A stretch of 54,725 nt of DNA from Streptosporangiaceae bacterium (GCA_030045175.1 JASIBM010000468.1:1-54725), one strand, 5' to 3'; numbered from the stretch's first letter, positions 26,745-38,030 are shown. Made by a program: numbers and translations. The notes: a model not told the origin generated them from the letters alone.

Positions 26745-27680
26745 GTGAGCGAGACCACCTGTCCAGCGGAGCACGTCACCGAGCCGGTGACCGGCGTCAC
26801 CGGCCCGTCGCTGTCACCGTCCAGGGCCGCGGACTTCCTGACGTGCCCGCTGCTCTACCGGTTCCGGGTGGTGGACAAGCTGCCCGAGCCGCCCAGCGCC
26901 GCCGCCGCGCGCGGCACGCTCGTGCACGCCGTGCTCGAGCGGCTGTTCGACCAGCCCGCGGCGGACCGCCGCCCCGAGGTGGCCGTGGCGCTGCTCGAGC
27001 CCGAGTGGGACCGGCTGGTCACAGAAGAGCCCGAGCTCGCCGGGTTGTTCGGCGACGAGGCCGAGCGCGCGGGCTGGCTGGCGCAGGCGAGGGAGATGCT
27101 CGGCCGCTACTTCACGCTCGAGGACCCGACCAGGCTGGAGCCCGCCCACAGGGAGCTTGCCGTGCAGGCCGTGCTCGGGTCGGGCCTGCGGCTGCGCGGC
27201 TACATTGACCGCCTCGACGTCTCGCCCAGCGGGGACGTCAGGATCGTGGACTACAAGACAGGGACGGCGCCACGGGAGGACTTCGAGGCACGGGCGCTGT
27301 TCCAGATGCGGTTCTACGCGGTCACGCTCTGGCGCAGCGAGGGCACCGTGCCCAAGGTGCTCCAGCTCATGTACCTGGGCAACGGCGAGGTCATGCGGTA
27401 CGAGCCCGACGCCGCCGACCTGGCCGCGACCGAGCGCAAGATCGAGGCACTGTGGCGGGCGATCGAGCGGGCCAGGTCATCAGGCGACTGGCGGCACCGG
27501 CCGGGCAAGCTCTGCGCCTGGTGCCCGCACCAGGCGCTCTGCCCCGCGTTCGGGGGCACGCCGCCGCCCCTGCCGGCGGTCCCGCCCGCGACGCCGCCGC
27601 CGGCGGGGGCGTCTCCCGGTGCCGGCGCGGCTAGCGGAGACGAGATAGTACTTGACTCACGGGATCGAGATAGTACTTAA
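26745..27680 (+). CDS. PD-(D/E)XK (RecB/Cas4-like) nuclease family protein with a C-terminal Cys cluster
   Basis: LSPSRAADFLTCPLLYRF..., GYIDRLD...IVDYKTG (D...D/E-x-K motif) and C-terminal CAWCPHQALC. GTG 26745 is chosen so that it does not overlap the divergent M50 gene. Start is uncertain. Confidence 0.75.
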   Translation: MSETTCPAEHVTEPVTGVTGPSLSPSRAADFLTCPLLYRFRVVDKLPEPPSAAAARGTLVHAVLERLFDQPAADRRPEVAVALLEPEWDRLVTEEPELAGLFGDEAERAGWLAQAREMLGRYFTLEDPTRLEPAHRELAVQAVLGSGLRLRGYIDRLDVSPSGDVRIVDYKTGTAPREDFEARALFQMRFYAVTLWRSEGTVPKVLQLMYLGNGEVMRYEPDAADLAATERKIEALWRAIERARSSGDWRHRPGKLCAWCPHQALCPAFGGTPPPLPAVPPATPPPAGASPGAGAASGDEIVLDSRDRDST

Positions 27681-27733
27681 TTGAGCTGGCGGGCGGGCGG
27701 CGCTGAGTGCCGCGACTGCGAAAGCGGGTGGAC

Positions 27734-28747
27734 ATGGCGATCATCGAGGCTCACGGGCTGGCGCGAACCTTCAGGAGCCGCAGGGGATCCGTCGACGCCG
27801 TGCGCGGCGTGGACCTGACGGTCAAGCAGGGGGAGATCGTCGGCTTCCTCGGCCCCAACGGGGCGGGCAAGACGACCACGCTGCGGATGCTCACCACGCT
27901 GCTGCGGCCCACCGCGGGAACGGCCACCGTCGCCGGGGCCGATCTGCTGAAAGACCCGCTCGGGGTGCGCAGGCGGATCGGCTACGTGCCGCAGGCGATC
28001 GGCGCCACGGCGGGCGGCACCGACCCGAACTGCCAGGTCGGCGAGGAGCTCGCCACGCAAGGACGGGTGTACCGGCTATCCGCCAGGCAGGCGGCTGAGC
28101 GAGCCGGGCTGCTGACCGGGCAGCTCGACCTCGCCGGACTCGAGCGCAGGCAGTGCAAGACGCTCTCCGGCGGCCAGCGCCGCCGCCTGGAGATCGCGCT
28201 CGGCCTGATCCACTCCCCCGTCGTGCTCTTCCTTGACGAGCCGACCACCGGCCTTGACCCGCAGAGCCGCAGCAACCTGTGGCAGCACATCCGCGGGCTG
28301 CGCGAGCGGCTCGGCACCACGGTCTTCCTCACCACGCACTACCTGGACGAGGCCGACGCGCTGTGCGACCGGGTGCTCGTGATCGACAACGGGAAGATCA
28401 TCGCCGAGGGCGTGCCCGAGGAGCTGAAGCGCAGGATCTCGGGTGACGTCGTCACCTTGAGCGTGAGCAGGGACCCTGAGCGGGCGCAGGCGATCCTGAG
28501 CGGGCAGCCTGGCGTCCGCGAGATCGCCGCTGAGGGCCGGGCGATCAGGATGACGGTCACCCATGGCGAGGAGGCGCTGCCCGCGATGCTGCGGGCGCTG
28601 GACGCCGACGGGATCGCGATGGAGTCCATTCAGCTCGCCAGGCCGACGCTTGACGACGTGTTCTTGACCCTCACAGGCAGGTCCCTGCGCGATGACTCGC
28701 CATCGGCCACCGCCGGCGACGCCGCGCAACGCACTCCGAGGAGCTAG
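27734..28747 (+). CDS. ABC transporter ATP-binding protein (DrrA-like, ABC-2 exporter)
   Basis: Walker A GPNGAGKTT, signature LSGGQRRR and Walker B LFLDEPTTGLD. Start at MAIIEAHGL. Confidence 0.88.
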   Translation: MAIIEAHGLARTFRSRRGSVDAVRGVDLTVKQGEIVGFLGPNGAGKTTTLRMLTTLLRPTAGTATVAGADLLKDPLGVRRRIGYVPQAIGATAGGTDPNCQVGEELATQGRVYRLSARQAAERAGLLTGQLDLAGLERRQCKTLSGGQRRRLEIALGLIHSPVVLFLDEPTTGLDPQSRSNLWQHIRGLRERLGTTVFLTTHYLDEADALCDRVLVIDNGKIIAEGVPEELKRRISGDVVTLSVSRDPERAQAILSGQPGVREIAAEGRAIRMTVTHGEEALPAMLRALDADGIAMESIQLARPTLDDVFLTLTGRSLRDDSPSATAGDAAQRTPRS

Positions 28748-28749
28748 TC

Positions 28750-29598
28750 GTGACCCCTTCCACCGCCACCAGGCCCGATGCCATGGTCCAGGCGCGGCCA
28801 GCCCGCCAGGAAGCACGCCGGTCCCGTGCGGCCGACTTTGCCGGCGACACCTTGCTGATCTTCCGCCGCCAGTTGCGCCTGTCCCTGCGCAACCCGGTCT
28901 GGGTCATCATCGGCCTGATCCAGCCGATCTTGTACCTGGCGTTCTTCGGGCCGCTGCTAGCCAAGATCGCCTCGGGCGGGCTGCTCGACGTGCCGGCGGG
29001 CGATCCTTACCGCTTCTTCGTGCCTGGCCTGCTGATCCAGCTCGGCCTGTTCGGCGCCGCGTTCGTCGGCTTCACGATCATCGCCGACTGGCGGGCGGGC
29101 GTGATCGAGCGGTTCAGGGTCACGCCGGTCAGCAGGATGGCGCTGCTGGCCGGCCGCGTGCTGCGCGACGTGCTCACGCTGACGGTCCAGGCGATCGTGC
29201 TCGTGGTGGCCGGGACCGCGTTCGGCCTGCGGGCGCCGGTGGCCGGCGTGCTGATCGGGCTCGGCTTCGTCGCGATGGTCGCCGTCAGCCTGTCGGCCAT
29301 GTCCTACGCGGTCGGCCTGGTGCTCAAGAGCGAGGACGCGCTGGCACCGCTGCTCAACATGGTCATGGTCCCGCTGATGCTGCTGTCGGGCATCATGCTG
29401 CCGATGACGCTCGGCCCGCGCTGGCTGCGCGACGCCGCGAAGGTGACCCCGTTCGGCTACATCATCAACGCCATGCGCGAGGCATTCGCCGGGCGCTACT
29501 TCGACGCGATCGTGGCCGAGGGCATCGCGGTCGCCATCGGCCTGGCGATCATCTGCCTGTGGCTGGCCAGCCGCGCCTTCATGAAGGAGAACGCCTGA
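28750..29598 (+). CDS. ABC-2 type transporter permease
   Basis: GTG start 3 nt after the ATPase stop. Six predicted TM segments. Confidence 0.8.
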   Translation: MTPSTATRPDAMVQARPARQEARRSRAADFAGDTLLIFRRQLRLSLRNPVWVIIGLIQPILYLAFFGPLLAKIASGGLLDVPAGDPYRFFVPGLLIQLGLFGAAFVGFTIIADWRAGVIERFRVTPVSRMALLAGRVLRDVLTLTVQAIVLVVAGTAFGLRAPVAGVLIGLGFVAMVAVSLSAMSYAVGLVLKSEDALAPLLNMVMVPLMLLSGIMLPMTLGPRWLRDAAKVTPFGYIINAMREAFAGRYFDAIVAEGIAVAIGLAIICLWLASRAFMKENA

Positions 29599-29607
29599 AC
29601 GCGATCC

Positions 29608-30678
29608 CTACCCCGGCACGTCCACCGGGAAGTGGCAGGCCACCGGGTGGCCTGGCGACAGCTCGACCAGCGGCGGCTCGACGGATCGGCAGATATCCTG
29701 CGCCTTCCAGCACCGCGTGTTGAACCGGCAGGCGGCAGGCGGGTTGAGCGGGCTCGGCACGTCGCCGGTCAGCCTGATCCGCTCGCGGCGCTGGCGCTGG
29801 CCGGTCTCGCTGCGCAGTGGCTCCGGCACCGGGACAGCCGACAGCAGCGCCACCGTGTAGGGGTGCCTGGGAGCCGCGTAGAGCTCATCCCTGTCGGCGA
29901 GCTCGACCAGCTTGCCGAGGTACATGACGGCGACCCGGTCGCTGATGTGCCGCACCACCGACAGGTCGTGCGCGATCACCACGTAGGTCAGCCCGAGCTC
30001 GTCCTGCAGGTCCTCGAGCAGGTTCACCACCTGCGCCTGGATCGAGACGTCCAGCGCCGATACCGGCTCGTCCGCGACGATCAGCTTCGGCCGCAGCGCC
30101 AGCGTCCTGGCGATGCCGATCCGCTGGCGCTGGCCACCGGAGAACTCGTGCGGGTACCTGTTGTAGTGCTCGGGGTTGAGCCCGACCAGGCTCAGCAGGT
30201 CCTGCACGGTCTTCTTGATGCCCTGCTCGGTCCGGACCTTCTGCAGCTTCAGCGGCGCCCCGACGATCGTCCCGACGGTGTGCCGTGGGTTCAGCGACGA
30301 GTAAGGATCCTGGAAGATCATCTGGATGTCGCGGCGCAGCGGGCGCATCTGGCCCATGGACAGCTTCCCGATTTCCCTGCCGTCGAACTTGATCGAGCCG
30401 GAGGTCGGGGACAGCAACCTGACCAGCAGCCTGCCCGTGGTCGTCTTGCCACAGCCAGACTCGCCGACCAGGCCGAGCGTCTCCCCCCTGCGGACAGAGA
30501 AGCTCACGTCGTCGACCGCCTGGACGGCGCCGACCTTGCGCCGGACGATCACGCCCCTGGTGACAGGGAAGTGCTTGGTCAGCCCGTTCACCACGAGCAG
30601 GGCGTCGTGGTCGAGCTTGGGCTCGCCAGGCCGCTGCTCGGCGAGCGACGTGCCGGTCACGCTTGCCTCGCTGGTCAT
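29608..30678 (-). CDS. Peptide/nickel ABC transporter ATP-binding protein (OppF/DppF-like), locus 1
   Basis: [24 protein letters not shown], and the C-terminal oligopeptide-transporter Cys motif (ACRFNTRC). ATGA overlap with the upstream ATPase. Confidence 0.88.
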   Translation of the reverse strand: MTSEASVTGTSLAEQRPGEPKLDHDALLVVNGLTKHFPVTRGVIVRRKVGAVQAVDDVSFSVRRGETLGLVGESGCGKTTTGRLLVRLLSPTSGSIKFDGREIGKLSMGQMRPLRRDIQMIFQDPYSSLNPRHTVGTIVGAPLKLQKVRTEQGIKKTVQDLLSLVGLNPEHYNRYPHEFSGGQRQRIGIARTLALRPKLIVADEPVSALDVSIQAQVVNLLEDLQDELGLTYVVIAHDLSVVRHISDRVAVMYLGKLVELADRDELYAAPRHPYTVALLSAVPVPEPLRSETGQRQRRERIRLTGDVPSPLNPPAACRFNTRCWKAQDICRSVEPPLVELSPGHPVACHFPVDVPG

Positions 30679-31763
30679 GCTTCCTCCCCGCGCCCTGCCC
30701 GGCCCAGCTTCACCGCTCCGCTCTCCCGGATCTGCGATCGCTGCGCCGCGGTGAGGTGACAGGCCACCTGATGTCCAGGGCTCACGTACACGAGCAAGGG
30801 GACCTCATTCTGGCTCCGGCCGTCGGTCAGGCCCGCGTACTGGCACCTCGGGTGGAAGGGGCAGCCGGAGGGCACGTTGATCAGGCTGGGCGGCGTGCCC
30901 TCGATCGGGATCAGCCGCTCCGACCTGGCCTCGTCCATCCTGGGCATGGAGGCGAGCAGGCCCCAGGTGTACGGATGCGCCGGCGACACGAAGATGTCCT
31001 CGGCCGAGCCGTACTCCACGCACCGCCCGGCGTACATCACGAGGATGTCGTCGGAAAGCTCGGCGACCACGCCCAGGTCGTGGGTGATGATGATGACCGC
31101 CGAGCCGAACTCTTGCTGAAGATCCGAGATCAGGTCGAGGATCTGGGCCTGCACGGTCACGTCGAGCGCCGTCGTCGGCTCGTCGGCGATCAGCAGCTCC
31201 GGGTTGCAGGACAGCGCCATCGCGATCATGACCCGCTGGCGCATGCCGCCGGAGAACTGATGCGGGTAGTCATCGACCCTGGTGGCGGCCTTCGGGATGC
31301 CGACCCGGCCGAGCAGGTCGATCGCGTGCTGGTGCGCCGCCTTCTTGCTCACCTTGTTGTGCACCAGGTAGGCCTCGGCGATCTGGGCGCCGACCGTGTA
31401 GAACGGGTGCAGCGAGGACAACGGGTCCTGGAAGATCATCGCCATCTTGCTGCCGCGCAGCTGGCGGACCCTGGCCGAGGTCGCGCCGACCAGGTCCTCG
31501 CCGTCCAGCCAGATCTTGCCGTCGATCGTGGCGTTGCCGCCATGGTGCAGGCCCATGATGCCCAGGCTGGTGACGCTCTTGCCTGATCCGGACTCGCCGA
31601 CGATGCCGAGCGTGCGGCCCCTGCTCAGCGTGAACGAGATCCCGTCAACGGCCTTCACCAGGCCATCGTCGGTCGGGAAGTGGATGCGCAGGTCCCTGAC
31701 CTCGAGCATCGCGCCCGAGGCCGGGCCGGCCGAGAAGGCAGGCCCGGCGTCGGTGGCCGTCAT
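30675..31763 (-). CDS. Peptide/nickel ABC transporter ATP-binding protein (OppD/DppD-like), locus 1
   Basis: [23 protein letters not shown] and GCPFHPRC. Confidence 0.88.
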   Translation of the reverse strand: MTATDAGPAFSAGPASGAMLEVRDLRIHFPTDDGLVKAVDGISFTLSRGRTLGIVGESGSGKSVTSLGIMGLHHGGNATIDGKIWLDGEDLVGATSARVRQLRGSKMAMIFQDPLSSLHPFYTVGAQIAEAYLVHNKVSKKAAHQHAIDLLGRVGIPKAATRVDDYPHQFSGGMRQRVMIAMALSCNPELLIADEPTTALDVTVQAQILDLISDLQQEFGSAVIIITHDLGVVAELSDDILVMYAGRCVEYGSAEDIFVSPAHPYTWGLLASMPRMDEARSERLIPIEGTPPSLINVPSGCPFHPRCQYAGLTDGRSQNEVPLLVYVSPGHQVACHLTAAQRSQIRESGAVKLGRAGRGEEA

Positions 31764-32776
31764 GCCAGCCTCACCCTCGGGTCGATGAACGCGTACAAGA
31801 TATCCACCACCAGGTTCGCTATGACGACGAAGAACGTGGCGACGAGCACGACGCCCATGATCTCGGGCAGGTCCTGGTTGTCGATCGCCAGCACCGTGAA
31901 CTGGCCGATGCCGTACAGGCCGAAGACGTTCTCCGTGATGATCGCGCCGCCGAGCAGCAGGCCCAGGTCCATGCCGAAGATCGTGAGGATCGGCGTCAGC
32001 GCCGCGCGCAGGCCGTGCTTGAAGATCACGGTCCGCTCGGGCAGGCCCTTCGCCCGCGCCGTCCTGATGTAGTCCTCATTCATCGTCTCCAGCATGCCCG
32101 CCCTGGTCAGCCGCGCGTACAGCGCCGCGTACAAGAAGGCGAGCACCACCCAGGGCAGGAACATGTTGTCGACGAACTGCCACGGGTTCTGGAAGACCGA
32201 CACGTAGTGGATCGCAGGGAAGATCGTGAACGGGTGGCCGTAGACGAACATGGTCTGCACGATCTGGCCGGTGAAGAAGACCGGCAGGGAGACCCCGGCC
32301 AGCGCGATCAGCATGGCCCCGCGGTCAACAGGGTGACCGCGGCGCAGCGCGGAGATGACGCCGATCGCGACGCCGCCGATCACCCACATGATCGCCGCGC
32401 CGATCGCCAGTGACGCGGTCACCGGGACGTCGCTGACGATCTGCGGCCAGACAGGAAGCTGGCTGCGGAACGAGTAGCCCAGGCACGGCGGCGGGCAGTA
32501 GATCGTGGCGGGCCCGTCGTTGTAGTGCCGGCCGGCGACGATGCCCCAGATGAAGGTGCCGAACTGCGCGAGCACCGGCCGGTTCAGGCCGAGCTGGTAC
32601 TCGACCTGGATCACCGCGGCATGGGTCGGCGACCTGCCGGTGTACTCCAGGGCCAGGTCGTACGTCGTCTGCCCGGCAAGCCGCGGTATCTCGAAGAAGA
32701 TCAGGAACGTGATCAGGCTGATCAGGATCAGCAGGAGAACGGTGGCGAACAGCCGCCGGATGATGAATGCGATCAC
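31760..32776 (-). CDS. Peptide ABC transporter permease (OppB/DppB-like), locus 1
   Basis: MIAFIIRRLFATVLLLILISLITF N-terminus and the EDYIRTARAKGL EAA-loop. Confidence 0.85.
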   Translation of the reverse strand: MIAFIIRRLFATVLLLILISLITFLIFFEIPRLAGQTTYDLALEYTGRSPTHAAVIQVEYQLGLNRPVLAQFGTFIWGIVAGRHYNDGPATIYCPPPCLGYSFRSQLPVWPQIVSDVPVTASLAIGAAIMWVIGGVAIGVISALRRGHPVDRGAMLIALAGVSLPVFFTGQIVQTMFVYGHPFTIFPAIHYVSVFQNPWQFVDNMFLPWVVLAFLYAALYARLTRAGMLETMNEDYIRTARAKGLPERTVIFKHGLRAALTPILTIFGMDLGLLLGGAIITENVFGLYGIGQFTVLAIDNQDLPEIMGVVLVATFFVVIANLVVDILYAFIDPRVRLA

Positions 32777-32876
32777 TGTATGCCGGCCGACTGCCCGGCC
32801 GGGTCAGTGACCCGGCCGGGCAGATCCACCTTCACCTGCTCTCTGTCAGTCGTTGGTCAGTCGCGGATGGTGTTCG

Positions 32877-34706
32877 TCAGCACGAGGCCGTGGTGCACCC
32901 GAGCACCGCGTAGTTGTACATGCCGTAGTAGCCCTGCACGTACACGTTGGTCAGGTTCGGGTTGCGGTAAAGCAGCGACTTGGCGTAAACCATCGGCAGG
33001 AACGCCGCGTCCTTCATGACCTGCAGGTCGATGGCGTGCGCGACCGCGTTGCGCTGCGCCTGCGTCTGGCCAGGCTGCTCGAGCTTGACGAAGTCGGCGT
33101 TCACGACCGGGTCGTTCAGCTCGCTGATGTTGGAGTTGCCCGCGGCCACGATCGCGTTGCCGTTCTCGATCTCGTCGCCCCACCCGAACGCCGTCGGGAA
33201 GTCCGGACCCCAGCCACCCACGGCCAGGCCGATGTCGTGGCTGGCCACGTACGCGGTGTTACCAGCGAAGTCGCTGTAGTACGTGGCGGTCGGGAAGCCC
33301 TTCAGCACGAGGTTGATGCCGACCCTGGCCAGCGAGGCCTGCGTGGCCTGCGCCGCCGCGGTCGCCTTCGGCGAGTCGTTGCGGTAAGCGATGCCGGTCG
33401 TGAAGCCCTTCGCCGTCACCAGCTTCGGGTTCTTGACCTGGCTGGCGCACAGCGCCAGCTGCGCCTTGGCGGCTGACAGGTCACCATTGGGGTCCTTGAT
33501 GAAGTTGTAGAGGTCGAACGCCTTGTAGCCGACCACGGTCGGCGGCATCGAGTTCGTCGCGATCGCGCCGCCGGCGATGGGGCCACCGTAGGCGGTCTGG
33601 TTGTTGGTCTTGTTCGCCGCGAACTCGACCGCCTCGCGGCAGTGCACGTTGTTCATCGGCGGGACCGACTTGGTGTTGAGGTAGATGAAGTCGATGAAGC
33701 CGTTGATCGGGTCATCGGACATCGCCTTCAGCGACGGGGTGGTCAGGATCTGGGCGCGGGCCGCGGTCTGCACGCCACCGCCTGCGTAGTCCATCTGGGC
33801 GTAGTTGTGCATCAGGTCCTGGTCGACCCTCGCGGCGGCGATGTTCATCTTCAGGATGACGTGGCCCACGAGCTGCTTGGCCTGGGTGTCCATCCGTGGC
33901 ACCCAGTACGGGTTGTCCTTGAGTATGAGCTCCTTGTTCGGCGTGTAGCTCTGGAACATGTACGGGCCGGAGGAGATCACGTTCAGGTCGTACTTCGCGC
34001 CGCCGGTCGCGGCGTTGAGGTCCACGCTCGGCGGGACCGGGACGGTCTGCGGGAGCGCGGCGAGGTAGTTGAAGTCAGCGAACGGGTGCGCCAGGTGGAA
34101 CTCGATCGTGTAGTTGTTCGGCGTGGTGACGGCCTTGAGACCCAGGTGGCCTGGCGTCTTGTCGGTGTACGGGCCGGTGTAGGCCGGCGTTTGCGGTGCT
34201 AGCCAGACCTGGAAGTAGCTCGGGCCGCCGGGCAGCACGTTCTTGGCGAAGCTGCGCTCCACCGCGTACTTGACGTCCTGTGCGGTGATCGGCATGCCGT
34301 TGGAGAACTTCAGGCCCTGCTGGATGTGGTAGGTCCAGGTCAGGCCGTTCTTGCTGACCACGCCAGGGCCGGTCGCGAGGCCGGGGACGAGCTGGAGGCC
34401 GCACGTGCCCGGGCAGGACTTGTAGGTCATCAGGGTCGTGGTGTACAGCCTGATGAAGTTCCAGTTCGCCGCGTAGTACGTGTCGCCCGGGTCGGTCGAG
34501 TCAGGAGCGCCGAAGTCCTCGAAGGTGAGGGTCGCCGACTTGAACTCGCGGTTCGACGGGTTGACCACGTGCTTCAGGCCCTCGTTGAAGTAGACAGCGG
34601 TGGTCGGCGTCTTCGCGCCACTGCTGCTGTTGCTGCTGCAGGCGCCGAGCATCATCGCTGCGACAGCGGCCACGACGCCGAGCCCTACAATCTTGGGCTT
34701 ATACAT
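32877..34706 (-). CDS. Family-5 peptide/nickel ABC substrate-binding lipoprotein, locus 1
   Basis: Signal peptide with lipobox (MMLGACSS). 609 aa, the typical size for the family. Confidence 0.8.
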   Translation of the reverse strand: MYKPKIVGLGVVAAVAAMMLGACSSNSSSGAKTPTTAVYFNEGLKHVVNPSNREFKSATLTFEDFGAPDSTDPGDTYYAANWNFIRLYTTTLMTYKSCPGTCGLQLVPGLATGPGVVSKNGLTWTYHIQQGLKFSNGMPITAQDVKYAVERSFAKNVLPGGPSYFQVWLAPQTPAYTGPYTDKTPGHLGLKAVTTPNNYTIEFHLAHPFADFNYLAALPQTVPVPPSVDLNAATGGAKYDLNVISSGPYMFQSYTPNKELILKDNPYWVPRMDTQAKQLVGHVILKMNIAAARVDQDLMHNYAQMDYAGGGVQTAARAQILTTPSLKAMSDDPINGFIDFIYLNTKSVPPMNNVHCREAVEFAANKTNNQTAYGGPIAGGAIATNSMPPTVVGYKAFDLYNFIKDPNGDLSAAKAQLALCASQVKNPKLVTAKGFTTGIAYRNDSPKATAAAQATQASLARVGINLVLKGFPTATYYSDFAGNTAYVASHDIGLAVGGWGPDFPTAFGWGDEIENGNAIVAAGNSNISELNDPVVNADFVKLEQPGQTQAQRNAVAHAIDLQVMKDAAFLPMVYAKSLLYRNPNLTNVYVQGYYGMYNYAVLGCTTASC

Positions 34707-34778
34707 GGGATTGCGTGCCTCCTACTGGATATCTCGTTATTCACTTATGGACGGGGTTACGTCTTATAAAGCGCCGGG

Positions 34779-35783
34779 TTAGCGGCTCTTCGGGTCGAGC
34801 GCGTCCCGCAGCCCGTCGCCGAAGAGGTTGAAGGCGATCACGGTGATGAAGATGGCCACGCCGGGGACGATCATCGCCATCGGGTCGATGGCGTACCACT
34901 CGTACACGACGGCGTCGGAGAGCATCCCGCCCCAGGTGGGCGTGGGCGGCTGGATGCCGACGCCCAGGTAGGACAGCGCCGCCTCGAACAAGATGTTGGT
35001 CGGGATCAGCAGCGTCGAGTAGACCAGGATCGGCCCGACGAGGTTCGGCAGGATCTCACGGAACAAGATGTACGGGGTCCGCCCGCCCATGCTGCGCGCG
35101 GCATCGACGAACTCGCGCTCGCGCAGCGACAGCGTCTGGCCCCGGATGATCCGGCCCATGTAGGGCCAGGCGAAGAAGCCGATGATGAAGATCAGCAGGC
35201 CGACCCGCAGCGCCAGCCCGGAGGCCTGGATGGGACCGAACTTCGCCGAGGTCGGGATCACGCCGATCAGCGCGATCGCGAAGACCAGCAAGGGGAAGGC
35301 CAGGAACACGTCCATCGCCCTGGCGATCACCGAGTCAAGCCAGCCGCCCACGTAGCCCGAGATGATCCCCATCACCACGCCGATCCCGACGGCGAGGACG
35401 GTCGACAAGAGCGCGATGAGCAGCGACCATTTCGCGCCGTTCACGACCCTGGCCAGCATGTCCCTGCCGCTGATCGGCTCGACGCCGAGCGGGTGGGCCA
35501 GGCTGATGCCACCGAACGAGCCGATGGGCTCGCTGGTGTCCGGGTTGATGAGGTTCGCGTGGTACAGGAGCGGGTTGGCGACCAGGGACGGGCCGAACAC
35601 GGCCACCAGGCACAGCAGGATCACCACGATCCCGCCCGCCATCGCGACCTTGTCGCGGCGCAGCCGCATCCATGCGATCTGGCCGAGCGAGCGCCCCTCG
35701 ATCGCCTTGCCAGGCACCCCGGTGACGAGGGCGTCCGGGCTCACCTCGGTCTCGGCCGGCGTTATCTCGATCGGCGCTGTCAT
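34779..35783 (-). CDS. Peptide ABC transporter permease (OppC/DppC-like), locus 1
   Basis: Start chosen at MTAPIEITP (CAT 35781-35783, with AGGAGA 7 nt upstream). Contains WMRLRRDKVAM and the REREFVDAARSMG EAA-loop. Confidence 0.82.
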   Translation of the reverse strand: MTAPIEITPAETEVSPDALVTGVPGKAIEGRSLGQIAWMRLRRDKVAMAGGIVVILLCLVAVFGPSLVANPLLYHANLINPDTSEPIGSFGGISLAHPLGVEPISGRDMLARVVNGAKWSLLIALLSTVLAVGIGVVMGIISGYVGGWLDSVIARAMDVFLAFPLLVFAIALIGVIPTSAKFGPIQASGLALRVGLLIFIIGFFAWPYMGRIIRGQTLSLREREFVDAARSMGGRTPYILFREILPNLVGPILVYSTLLIPTNILFEAALSYLGVGIQPPTPTWGGMLSDAVVYEWYAIDPMAMIVPGVAIFITVIAFNLFGDGLRDALDPKSR

Positions 35784-36000
35784 GGGCAGGTCTCCTGGCT
35801 GATCGTCTGAGAACTGCCTGCTCTCTTCGAGAGGCCCGCCGCCGACGATCGTCGCGCCCGGGCCCGACAGCAAACAGAAACAGACACGTTAACTCCTAAG
35901 AGGTTCTACCAGCACAGCCAGCCAGCGCCAGTGCCACGTGCCGGTTGTAGCGCATTTGTAATGGAATGAAGATCGATCCGCTACGCGGCGTGCACGCTTC

Positions 36001-36978
36001 CTAGTGGATCCGTACCCTCGGGTCGAGCACCGCGTAGAAGATGTCCACGATCAGGTTCGCCACGATCACGCCGGCCGATGCGACGATGACGACGCCGATG
36101 ATCAGCGGCAGGTCCTGGTTGGCGATCGCGTGCACCGCCTCGAAGCCGAGCCCGTCCAGGCCGAAGATCTGCTCCGTTATGATCGCGCCGCCGATCAGGC
36201 TCCCGACGTCCAGGCCGAACTGGGTCACGATCGGGGTGAGCGAGGCCCGGAGGTTGTGCCGGAAGATCACCCGCCGCTCGCGCATGCCCTTGGACCTGGC
36301 CGTCCTGATGTAGTCCTCGCCGAACACGTCGAGCATCGAGCCGCGGGTCAGCCGGGTGTACGTGGCCGCGGAGACAAGCGCGACGGTGAGCCAGGGCAGG
36401 ATCATCGTGTGCGCCCACGTGAGCGGTTCGGAGAAGAACGACGGCGGGTCGATGTCCGGCGCGACGAACCACGCGAGCCCGTGGTTGGTCAGGTAGTAGT
36501 AGAAGAACCAGATCAGCATCAGGCCGAGCACGAACGTGGGCATCGAGTAGAACAGCAGCGCCTGGACGGTGAACGTGCGGTCAAGGACCGACCTGGTCTT
36601 GACGGCTGACAAGATACCGGTGAGCACGCCGATCGCCAGCCAGATCACCGACGCGCCGACCACGAGCGACAGCGTGATGGGGAACGCCTGCCTGATGATC
36701 GTGGTGACTGGGACGTCGTTGTAGTAGTCGAACCCGAGGCTGTGGTGCAGGACAAGCCCGGACCAGAAGTAGTGCGTGTACTGCTCCCAGATCGGCCGGT
36801 TCAGCCACAGCCGGTCCGTGATGGTCTTGATCTCCGCCGGGGTGGCCTGGCGTCCCGCCAGGATGCGCGGGACGTACTGCGGGCCCGGGCCGACGAAGAA
36901 GATCAGGAAGACCGTGATCGTCATCAGCCAGAGCACGAGGATGCCCTGGAGGATGCGACGGATCAGGAATCTGGCCAC
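36001..36978 (-). CDS. Peptide ABC transporter permease (OppB/DppB-like), locus 2
   Basis: MARFLIRRILQGILVLWLMTI and EDYIRTARSKGM. Confidence 0.85.
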   Translation of the reverse strand: MARFLIRRILQGILVLWLMTITVFLIFFVGPGPQYVPRILAGRQATPAEIKTITDRLWLNRPIWEQYTHYFWSGLVLHHSLGFDYYNDVPVTTIIRQAFPITLSLVVGASVIWLAIGVLTGILSAVKTRSVLDRTFTVQALLFYSMPTFVLGLMLIWFFYYYLTNHGLAWFVAPDIDPPSFFSEPLTWAHTMILPWLTVALVSAATYTRLTRGSMLDVFGEDYIRTARSKGMRERRVIFRHNLRASLTPIVTQFGLDVGSLIGGAIITEQIFGLDGLGFEAVHAIANQDLPLIIGVVIVASAGVIVANLIVDIFYAVLDPRVRIH

Positions 36979-36987
36979 TGCGTGCTC

Positions 36988-38004
36988 CTAGGCGTAGAGG
37001 TCGCCGCGGGGGTCGAAGGCGTCCCTCACCCCGTCGCCGAAGATGTTGAAGGCCAGCGTGGTGAACAGCAACGCGAGGCTCGGGAAGACCAGGTACCACC
37101 ACGGGCCGTACAAGAACATGGTCGAGGCCGTGCTGATCATGTAGCCCCAGTCGGCCGTCGGTGGCTGCACGCCGACGCCAAGGAATGACAAGGTGGCCTC
37201 GCCGACGATCGACAAGGGGATCAGCAGCGTGGCGTACACGATCAGCGGCGCGAGCAGGTTGGGCAGGATGTCGATGAACATGATCCGCCACGGTCCCGCG
37301 CCGAGCGCCCTGGCCGCCTCGATGTACTCCTTTTCCCTGATCGAGAGCACCTGCCCGCGCACCAGGCGGCCGACAGAGGCCCAGCCGAAGAAGCCGAGCA
37401 CGACGATCACGATCGACAGCCCTGGCTTGATGATGCCGAGGATCGGGTGGAACTGGGCGACCGAGAACAGCGAGATCGCGAACAGCAGGAACGGGACCGC
37501 GAGCAGCCAGTCCATGAACCGGGCGAGCACCGAGTCGACCAGGCCGCCGAAGTACCCGGCCGCGAGCCCGATGACCGTGCCGCCGAGCACCGTGAGCGCG
37601 GTCGCGACGACGCCGACGAACAGCGAGACCCTCGCCCCGTAGGCGATCCTGACCAGCAGGTCACGGCCCTGGTCGTCGGTGCCGAGCCAGAACCACTGGT
37701 TCGGGGCGACGGGCACGCCGTCCGGCGTCAGGCCCTCGGTGGGCCCGGTGGTACCGCGGTACTGCGTGAAGTTGCCGTGGCCGGTGATCCACGCCACGAC
37801 CGGCGCGAAGACCGCGAAGAGGACGATGAACACGATGACGCCCAGGGCGATCATCGCCGCGCGGTCCCTGCGCAGCCGCCGCCACGCGAGCACCCAGGGG
37901 CTCTTGCCCTCGATCTTCTTCGGCGCCTCGGCCCCGGGGGGAGTGACCGCGGGCAGCGCGACGGCGGTGTCGTGCTCCGAAGGCGTCCGGATGTTGAACG
38001 TCAT
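36988..38004 (-). CDS. Peptide ABC transporter permease (OppC/DppC-like), locus 2
   Basis: Start at MTFNIRTP (CAT 38002-38004, with AGGAGGAGGG upstream). Contains WRRLRRDRAAM and the REKEYIEAARALG EAA-loop. Confidence 0.82.
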   Translation of the reverse strand: MTFNIRTPSEHDTAVALPAVTPPGAEAPKKIEGKSPWVLAWRRLRRDRAAMIALGVIVFIVLFAVFAPVVAWITGHGNFTQYRGTTGPTEGLTPDGVPVAPNQWFWLGTDDQGRDLLVRIAYGARVSLFVGVVATALTVLGGTVIGLAAGYFGGLVDSVLARFMDWLLAVPFLLFAISLFSVAQFHPILGIIKPGLSIVIVVLGFFGWASVGRLVRGQVLSIREKEYIEAARALGAGPWRIMFIDILPNLLAPLIVYATLLIPLSIVGEATLSFLGVGVQPPTADWGYMISTASTMFLYGPWWYLVFPSLALLFTTLAFNIFGDGVRDAFDPRGDLYA

Positions 38005-38030
38005 GGTGACCCTCCTCCTGCCCGTACGGG